From an uncultured virus (IMG/VR IMGVR_UViG_3300005356_000004) (lineage: Duplodnaviria > Heunggongvirae > Uroviricota > Caudoviricetes): a DNA stretch of 30,503 nt. Shown here piece by piece: positions 24,428 to 30,503 of this stretch. A program made the translations under genes and the position numbers. Below the pieces are notes generated by a model, which was given only the letters and a program-made list of their open reading frames with translations, was not told where the DNA came from and searched no databases. Each line of letters begins with the position of its first letter. Positions within the stretch are counted from its first letter, which is position 1. The stretch lies in the IMG/VR virus record IMGVR_UViG_3300005356_000004; one strand, 5' to 3'.

Positions 24428-24446
24428 ATATCGGCCACTTTCGCTG

Positions 24447-24636
24447 AAACCCGCATGAATGCAGGGAAATCTCTGAAACCCTGGTCGCAAGCGGGTTTCA
24501 TGTAGCAGCATTGACATTGACGCAGGTCAGAGGCTGTTTCCGGCTACAACTTGACAACACCCGATTCGTCTCTGTTGAGACAACAGAGGCCGGGTGGGGT
24601 GCTGGGTGCGGAAGTGGGGTCTCATCGATCCTGGGG
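24447..24636 (+). repeat. 190-bp non-coding module, copy 2
   Basis: Collinear with 10938-11127. Confidence 0.8.
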
Positions 24637-24674
24637 CATCCTGGAGCCTCTGAGAAGACGTTGGTTCCGGTGAC

Positions 24675-24704
24675 TTGTGCAAGGGTTCCGAACCCGTGTA
24701 CGCT
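24675..24704 (+). promoter_or_regulatory. Promoter with operator in the spacer
   Basis: tgacTTGTGC-18-TACGCT; GGGTTCCGAACCC at 24683-24695; ATG 7 nt downstream. Confidence 0.75.
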
Positions 24705-24711
24705 GTCCCTC

Positions 24712-26481
24712 ATGCCAGCCACCCGCCGCAACCGACAGCAGAAGCGGTACGCCGTCGAGATCCTGGAAGACCTCCGGCGCTTCGACTCGTGGCGCTCGTG
24801 GAGAAAGGACTTGACGCCCGCCCACTCGCACGCCATCCTCCGCGGACTCCACCCTCGGCTGTCTGCTTCCGTCGACACGTGGGTCCGCCGCCGGGTGCCG
24901 TTCTACCTCACGACCGGACATGGCCCCGACCCTGTGGCCTTCACCGACTTCAAGTCGATCAACATCCGGGTCTCCGAGAACGTGGCGAACGAGGCCGACT
25001 ACTTCGGCATCATCCGCGGCCTGACGTACCACGAGGCGGGCCACCTGTTGGTCACGGTGCCGCTGCCCGACCTCATCGCTGAGGCTGAGAAGCACGCGCC
25101 CACGCCCATCACAGCCGGGCGGAACACCGGGGATGTCCAGTGGGCGTGGAACGTGCTGGAGGACCAGCGCATGGAAGCGACCATGGTCGGCCGCTCCCCG
25201 AACCTGATCAAGTACTACACACCGCTCGTGCTGCGGTACATCTACGGCAAGGCCGACGACTACTGGCTCCTGGCTGGACGGCTGTACCTCCCGGTCGACG
25301 TGCGCTCCACCTCCCGTGAGGTGGCGGCACTGCACCACGGCGAGGACTTGGTGAAGGAGTACGAGGGCATCGTGACCCGCTACATGGGCGCCACTGATGC
25401 ACACAGCATGATGACCGAGGTGCTCCGCATGGTCGACATGCTGAGCAGTCATGTTGCCGACACCACACAGAAGGCAGTCGGCCAGCACACCATCCTTCCG
25501 AGCCCGATGCTCGACAACAACGTCGGCGTGGATGATCTCGTGGCTGCTGGTGCATGCGACAAGGACGACATTCGTGACGCCATCAAGGAGACTCGGGAGA
25601 ACGCCAATCCGCAGCCCGGCACGCTGTCCGAGGCAGCGAAGGACGCACGCACGGCTGCTGCTGACGCCTTCAAGAACGCCGAGGCCGAGCGGAACAAGGA
25701 TGACGGCGTCATCCAGGACCGCAAGGCCTACAACCGAGCCAAGCAGAAGGCCCAGGACGAAGGCCTGCCACTGGAGTTGAAGCCGGGCCTGCCCAACCCG
25801 AAGGGCTTGGCCCAGGGTGAGGCGCTGTACCGGGCCTTCGCCAACATGATCCGCCAGGGCCGGGAGCGCATCGCTCCCACGTGGCACGAGGGGCAGCGCC
25901 ATGGTGTCATCAACGTCATGCGCTACAAGACCCGCCAGCCGGGCGACCAGGAGTACCGCCGCACCTACGCTGCCGGTGGCGACTTCCAGTACCCCAACCT
26001 GGCCGTGTCAGTCGTGCTCGACGGCTCGGGCTCGATGGATGCCGACATCGAGGCACTGGGCATCGCGGCCTACGCCATGAAGAAGGCTTGCGAGGTAGCC
26101 GAGGTGCCTTGCACCGTGACCACCTTCTCGGACAACGGCACGATCCTGTGGGAGCCGGACGACTCCCCACTGTTCCCGCCGCGGGACTTTGCCGAGATGT
26201 CGGGCACCGACCCAACCCCCGTGCTCGCCACCCTCCACGGCCAGCGCTTCGAGCGTCAGCGGCACCTCGTGATCATCATGACCGATGGCGAGTTTGACGG
26301 TGACTTCAACGCCCACCACTCGCTGGCCGAGTACACCGCGCCCTACCGGGACATCGTGCTGTTCTTCTACCGGAACGAGCGCACGGTGATCAAAGGCCTC
26401 GACGCCATCGATGCCTTCCACGAGATCACGTCGCTGGAGGAGATGCCCCAGTTCCTCATCCGATATCTCTCCCGGGGGTGA
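24712..26481 (+). CDS. vWA (MIDAS) protein with N-terminal HExxH metallopeptidase-like domain (CobT-like MoxR partner)
   Basis: YHEAGH...WNVLEDQRME; VVLDGSGSM, GTDP, IIMTDG. Confidence 0.88.
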   Translation: MPATRRNRQQKRYAVEILEDLRRFDSWRSWRKDLTPAHSHAILRGLHPRLSASVDTWVRRRVPFYLTTGHGPDPVAFTDFKSINIRVSENVANEADYFGIIRGLTYHEAGHLLVTVPLPDLIAEAEKHAPTPITAGRNTGDVQWAWNVLEDQRMEATMVGRSPNLIKYYTPLVLRYIYGKADDYWLLAGRLYLPVDVRSTSREVAALHHGEDLVKEYEGIVTRYMGATDAHSMMTEVLRMVDMLSSHVADTTQKAVGQHTILPSPMLDNNVGVDDLVAAGACDKDDIRDAIKETRENANPQPGTLSEAAKDARTAAADAFKNAEAERNKDDGVIQDRKAYNRAKQKAQDEGLPLELKPGLPNPKGLAQGEALYRAFANMIRQGRERIAPTWHEGQRHGVINVMRYKTRQPGDQEYRRTYAAGGDFQYPNLAVSVVLDGSGSMDADIEALGIAAYAMKKACEVAEVPCTVTTFSDNGTILWEPDDSPLFPPRDFAEMSGTDPTPVLATLHGQRFERQRHLVIIMTDGEFDGDFNAHHSLAEYTAPYRDIVLFFYRNERTVIKGLDAIDAFHEITSLEEMPQFLIRYLSRG

Positions 26482-26482
26482 G

Positions 26483-26512
26483 TTGCATCAACACCAGCAG
26501 ATGATGTAGCAT
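26483..26512 (+). promoter_or_regulatory. SigA-type promoter
   Basis: TTGCAT-18-TAGCAT. Confidence 0.6.
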
Positions 26513-26552
26513 CAAGTCACTGTCAACAACCGCCCTGAAGGAGCAAGAGACC

Positions 26553-27119
26553 ATGCAGACCCTGAAGTCCTACGACTGGAGTACCAAGAACATCGACAAG
26601 CGTCCGACCAAGCCCCGGTCGGCTGCGTACCCGTGGCCCAAGTGGTTCTCGGGCAAGATCGTCCTCCTGGAGAACGGGATCGACTTCGACGGCCCCACGT
26701 CCTCGATCGAGCGCGTCATCCGCACCTCGGCCACCCGCAAGGGCCTGAGCGTGAAGATCCGCACGCTTGCTGACGGCAACGTCGTCGTGCAGTCGAACGA
26801 GGCCTACACCAACGGCAGGACCGCCGAGACGGCGAAGGCCCCGACCACCAAGGCTCCGGCCAAGAACGGCAAGGCGCCCGCCAAGACCGCGGCCAAGTCC
26901 ACGAAGGCTCCGGCCAAGAAGGTCCCGGCTGCCAAGGCTGCCAAGGCTGCCAAGGCTGCCAAGGCTGCCAAGGCTGCGAAGGCCCCGGCTGCCAAGGCTG
27001 CGAAGCCCGCCCCGGCCAAGGCTGCGAAGCCTGCTCCCGCCAAGAAGGCGACGGCTCCGAAGGCGTCGGCCCCCAGCAAGCGGGTGGCGACGAAGAAGGC
27101 CACCGCCGCAGCGGTGTAG
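26553..27119 (+). CDS. Putative DNA-binding protein with histone H1-like Ala/Lys/Pro tail
   Basis: AAGGAG RBS; about 80-aa globular domain (YPWxxWF...GIDF) plus PAKK/AAK repeats. Confidence 0.8.
   Translation: MQTLKSYDWSTKNIDKRPTKPRSAAYPWPKWFSGKIVLLENGIDFDGPTSSIERVIRTSATRKGLSVKIRTLADGNVVVQSNEAYTNGRTAETAKAPTTKAPAKNGKAPAKTAAKSTKAPAKKVPAAKAAKAAKAAKAAKAAKAPAAKAAKPAPAKAAKPAPAKKATAPKASAPSKRVATKKATAAAV
26931..26975 (+). repeat. In-frame 9-bp tandem repeat (GCCAAGGCT)x5
   Basis: Read directly from the sequence. Confidence 0.9.
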
Positions 27120-27155
27120 TCTCTACACGGCTCCTTCTCGGGTGAGGAGAGTCCG

Positions 27156-27186
27156 AGACCCCCAGGGTTCGCCCTGGGGGTCTTGT
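27156..27186 (+). terminator. Intrinsic terminator
   Basis: AGACCCCCAGGG-ttcg-CCCTGGGGGTCT followed by TGT. Confidence 0.75.
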
Positions 27187-27190
27187 AGTT

Positions 27191-27246
27191 GGTGACAAAT
27201 GTCACAGGATTCCGATTGGCAATGTCAATGCCCGATCGAGTAAATT
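27191..27246 (+). promoter_or_regulatory. Promoter with upstream palindrome
   Basis: GGTGACaaatGTCACA at 27191-27206, 35 nt before the -10 TAAATT at 27241. Confidence 0.6.
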
Positions 27247-27286
27247 GTCATCACTCCCACCCACCACGCAGGAGAAGCCAACCCCA

Positions 27287-28654
27287 GTGTCATCGCCCGA
27301 TTCCTCACCCGACCTCTCCATCCACGACTTCCTCCCCGAATGGCTTGGCGACTACGCCGAGGCCGTCGCCATCGAGTTGCAGGTGCCTGCTGATGCCGTC
27401 AGCACGCTGGCGCTCGGCGCCATCTCTGCTGCCATCAACGGCTCCGCTCAGAGCGAGGTCGTGGAGGGCTGGATCGAGCCCGTCAACATGTACACCATGG
27501 CGCTGCTCGCCTCGGGTGAGGGCAAGAGCCCGGCGTTCGCCCGCCTCCTCGACCCGGTGACCAAGGCTGCCGAGGAGGTGCACGGCGTCATCAAGTCCGA
27601 CGTCCGCCAGCAGCAGGCCCGCAACCGGATGCACAAGAAGTACCTCCGCTCCACCGAGACGTCGCTGATGAAGCAGGTCAAGGACGGCGACATCACCCTT
27701 GATGACGCCATCATCCGCCTCGCCTACGAGGAGCAGCAGTTGAAGACGTCGGCTCGGTCGACCACCGGCCCGACGCTGCGCATCCTCACTGATGTCACAC
27801 CAGCGGCGGTCATCGACGCCCTGGAGGCCAACGACGGCCGGATCATCGTCGCCAGCCCGGAGGCCGAGGCGCTGCTGAACTTCCGTGGCGGCTCCAAGGA
27901 GGCCGTGTTGAAGGGCTACGACGGCGAGCGCCTGACGCAGGCCCGGCGCACCACCGGGGAGATCACCATCGAGCGGCCCATCGTCACGATGATGCTCGCC
28001 ATGCAGCCGACCGTGCTCACCTCGCTCGGCTCGGACATGGTGAACCGCGGCCTCATGCCCCGGTTCATGATCGCCTACCCCGACACCATGGTCGGCCACC
28101 GGGCGGCTCGGCCCCGGCTGGTGCCTGCTGGCATCATCAAGGCCTACACCGAGAACATCGCCTCCATCGTGGAGATGTTCGCTTCCAACGACATCAAGAC
28201 CATCACCTGGTCACCGGCTGCTCGTCGGCGCATCGGCCAGTGGCGGGACGAGATCGAGCCCCAGATGGCCACGGACGGCCTGCTGGCTCCCATCTCGGCC
28301 TGGGCATCGAAGGTCCGGGGCGGGCACTTCATCCGGATGGCCTCGATCCTCACCATCGCTGACGGCCGGACCGAGGTCACCGTGCAGGACGCCGATGATG
28401 CCGCCAACATCCTGCGCCTCTACACCCTCCACGCCCTGCGGGCGTTCGGGGAGATGGGCGCCTCCTCGGCCGACGACCTGATCCACCTCATGGCTCTGGT
28501 CGCCAAGTTGCCGAGCGACACCTTCTCCAAGCGGGACATCATGCGGCGGTCCAACCGCTTCATGAGCCAGCCCGACCGGGCGGCTGACGCACTCAGCCAG
28601 GCGGTCGAGCAAGGCCTGCTCCTGATCGAGGGTCGCGGCTGGAAGAAGCCGTGA
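27287..28654 (+). CDS. DUF3987/YfjI-family P-loop protein (replication-associated)
   Basis: AVAIELQVPAD, EPVNMY...SGEGKSP, DVTP, RGLMPRF; start placed at GTG after AGGAG (alternative TTG 27245). Confidence 0.85.
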   Translation: MSSPDSSPDLSIHDFLPEWLGDYAEAVAIELQVPADAVSTLALGAISAAINGSAQSEVVEGWIEPVNMYTMALLASGEGKSPAFARLLDPVTKAAEEVHGVIKSDVRQQQARNRMHKKYLRSTETSLMKQVKDGDITLDDAIIRLAYEEQQLKTSARSTTGPTLRILTDVTPAAVIDALEANDGRIIVASPEAEALLNFRGGSKEAVLKGYDGERLTQARRTTGEITIERPIVTMMLAMQPTVLTSLGSDMVNRGLMPRFMIAYPDTMVGHRAARPRLVPAGIIKAYTENIASIVEMFASNDIKTITWSPAARRRIGQWRDEIEPQMATDGLLAPISAWASKVRGGHFIRMASILTIADGRTEVTVQDADDAANILRLYTLHALRAFGEMGASSADDLIHLMALVAKLPSDTFSKRDIMRRSNRFMSQPDRAADALSQAVEQGLLLIEGRGWKKP

Positions 28655-28683
28655 TCCTCGACCAGGGCCGTCAATGTCAATGA

Positions 28684-28761
28684 CTACAGACGGCGGATGA
28701 GGAAGATCACGAGGACCACCAGGAGCACGACGATCAGAATCCCGACGATGCCGTACGTCAT
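28684..28761 (-). CDS. 25-aa membrane microprotein
   Basis: GGGAGAG RBS; MTYGIVGILIVVLLVVLVIFLIRRL. Confidence 0.6.
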   Translation of the reverse strand: MTYGIVGILIVVLLVVLVIFLIRRL

Positions 28762-28770
28762 GGTCTCTCC

Positions 28771-29010
28771 CTACAGTCCCTCGAACGGATCTTCACGGCT
28801 CTGCTCCCGCTCCCGGATCCGCATCATCGACCCAACCATGTTCCAGGTCTCCTCGGACGGGGCTCGGACTCCGGCGCTGGAGGCGTGGTGCGCCAGCACG
28901 GTGGGGTGCATGCGGTCCAGGTCCTTGGACCGGTGACCGCGGGCCCACAGGTGCTCCATCAACCGGTTCGCCTTCTGGACCCGTGCTCGCTGCTCGTAGT
29001 CGTCCGGCAT
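28771..29010 (-). CDS. Hypothetical protein (AGVRxPSEETW motif)
   Basis: GAGGGG RBS; coherent ORF. Confidence 0.65.
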   Translation of the reverse strand: MPDDYEQRARVQKANRLMEHLWARGHRSKDLDRMHPTVLAHHASSAGVRAPSEETWNMVGSMMRIREREQSREDPFEGL

Positions 29011-29191
29011 AGCGGGATCGTACCCCCTCGCCCCCTGCCCCCTTATAGGTGCCCGGATGGCCCGATCGTCGCGGGCTCGGTGCTAACACACCTCGATCCA
29101 TAGGTATGGCAGGTCAGATGATTGACAATCGGAGAGGCTCTATAAGGCCCTGTGAGCGACGCAGACCCACTTCCGGTACCAGGAGGCGGGG

Positions 29192-29219
29192 GAGACCCCA
29201 GAGGCGATCCTGGGGTCTC
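29192..29219 (-). terminator. Hairpin, possible terminator
   Basis: GAGACCCCAG...CTGGGGTCTC, 20 nt after a leftward gene. Confidence 0.5.
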
Positions 29220-29238
29220 ACAGCGCCTCCTCCCGGGG

Positions 29239-29439
29239 TCAGAGGACCAGCCAGGCCAGTGCAACCAGGGCGATGGCCACCGAGATCAACGTCAGGACGA
29301 TGCTGCGGGGCAGCACGATCCACGCGACGATCGCGGCCACGATCGCCACGACGAACGCCGCCAGGAACAAGATGTCGGCCAGGTTGGCGTTGCCGCTCAT
29401 GAGGCCGTCATCGACGGCGAAGAGTGTTGCCAGTGTCAT
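29239..29439 (-). CDS. Small two-TM membrane protein
   Basis: AAAGGA RBS; two hydrophobic helices. Confidence 0.7.
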   Translation of the reverse strand: MTLATLFAVDDGLMSGNANLADILFLAAFVVAIVAAIVAWIVLPRSIVLTLISVAIALVALAWLVL

Positions 29440-29453
29440 CGTTGGGTCCTTTC

Positions 29454-30503
29454 TCAGGTGTCGTGGTCATCCAACGTCGTGATCACCTCGTCGCCGGACA
29501 TCGGGATGGTCACAGCCCTCGCTGCGGCCCCGACGCCAGACCCGAAGATGCGGGACAACATCCCAGCGTTGCCTCGTGCTTCCATCTCCAGCCGCACCAC
29601 GTCCCGGGTGTCGCTGATGTCGCGCATGTCCTTGATGAGCCGGAAGAAGCGGTCCATCTCCATCGACACGCCGACGTCCAAGACCTCGCCGGAGGCCTCC
29701 TCAGCGAACCGGGCGAAGGCCACCCGCTGGCCCTGGATCTCGACCATGGCCCGCATGGTCGCCTGCAACTGGTCCTTGGTCCGGATCTCCAAGGGGATGT
29801 TGAAGGCGCACGCCGAGCCCGGGTTCCAAGCGGGGCAGTTGTTGGCCAGCACGCACGTGCTGCACATCCGCTGCGAGTGGTTGGGCGAGGTGACGATGAC
29901 CGTCTCCTCGTGGACGTCGCGGCCCTCGCCGTCCTTGTAGGTGCTCACCAGCGAGTCGAAGCCGAACACCGGCAGCGGCTGCTGCTCGTGCACGTGCCGC
30001 ATCACGGAGGGGTGATTGGCAATGCTCGTCACCGGAGATGCTGGCATCACGGCGTCCTGCATCGGCGCCATGTTTGACAATAGAACCAGGCTCGGAGCGT
30101 CGTTGTGCCGCTCCTCCCACGCCAGCCACGACTTGATGGCGCCTCTCGCCGCCTCGGCGCTGGAGCCATTGGCGATCTCGGTGGGGTTGCAGCCGAGCGC
30201 GGCGAAATCGTCCAGGTGCTTGGCACGGGCCTCGATCTGCTGCGTGTTGGGGTACCGCCGGAGCCGGTTGTTGGCCCACACCTGCGTCTCGCCCGACTTC
30301 AGCACCGAGTACCAAGCCGTAGTGGCCAGGGAGTCCAGGCGCTCCACGCCCTTGGTGATGCCGGTGACAGCCATAACGTTGGTGTCCGGGAACCGTCCGA
30401 GGGCCTTGCGGAACTGGACGGGATCCTTCACCACCGGCTCGGCCAACGAGACCATCGGCGCCGTGTAGCCGGGCTCGAAAGCGGCGTCCGGCGTCCACAA
30501 CGG
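29454..30503 (-). CDS. Large actinophage protein with CxxC-x5-C-x8-C cluster, 5'-truncated
   Basis: CSTCVLANNCPAWNPGSACAF followed by a helical C-terminus; frame is open to the window edge. Confidence 0.75.
   Translation of the reverse strand, partial: PLWTPDAAFEPGYTAPMVSLAEPVVKDPVQFRKALGRFPDTNVMAVTGITKGVERLDSLATTAWYSVLKSGETQVWANNRLRRYPNTQQIEARAKHLDDFAALGCNPTEIANGSSAEAARGAIKSWLAWEERHNDAPSLVLLSNMAPMQDAVMPASPVTSIANHPSVMRHVHEQQPLPVFGFDSLVSTYKDGEGRDVHEETVIVTSPNHSQRMCSTCVLANNCPAWNPGSACAFNIPLEIRTKDQLQATMRAMVEIQGQRVAFARFAEEASGEVLDVGVSMEMDRFFRLIKDMRDISDTRDVVRLEMEARGNAGMLSRIFGSGVGAAARAVTIPMSGDEVITTLDDHDT

Noticed and set aside
24511..24711. N-terminal extension of the vWA ORF from TTG 24511, and likewise the long starts at 12824, 16859, 1654 and 145
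   Set aside because: These extensions run through promoters or repeats; downstream ATGs fit the promoter or RBS geometry
29122..29146. TTGACA...TATAAG promoter
   Set aside because: Spacer is only 13 nt and there is no downstream + strand gene

Overview
High-GC, gene-dense segment of what is most likely an actinobacterial phage (or phage-like element). It has no capsid, tail, terminase or integrase genes, so this is an early/accessory/replication region. Layout: (i) 1-6443, rightward small genes ending in a lipoprotein thermonuclease-Excalibur gene. (ii) About 1 kb of hairpin- and repeat-rich non-coding DNA (6444-7481) where transcription converges. (iii) 7482-24353, a long leftward region of about 45 mostly tiny genes, including an SNF2-type helicase, a DUF6011-type protein, Ku and a MoxR AAA+ ATPase. 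This region is cut into modules by 15 related sigma-70-type promoters. (iv) Rightward vWA/HExxH partner, histone-like AK-rich protein and DUF3987/YfjI protein. (v) Leftward tail genes of the window. The strongest signal is non-coding: a layered regulatory grammar made of repeated promoter cassettes, a CRP-like GTGAC-N4-GTCAC palindrome at a fixed 34-35 nt from the -10 box, a GGGTTCSGAACCC operator in promoter spacers, a CATTGACATTGACG motif, a 190-bp module duplicated 13.5 kb apart and a six-hairpin RNA leader. Other highlights are an unannotated secreted micropeptide and a frameshifted wHTH-like gene. All calls were made by eye; no database searches were run.
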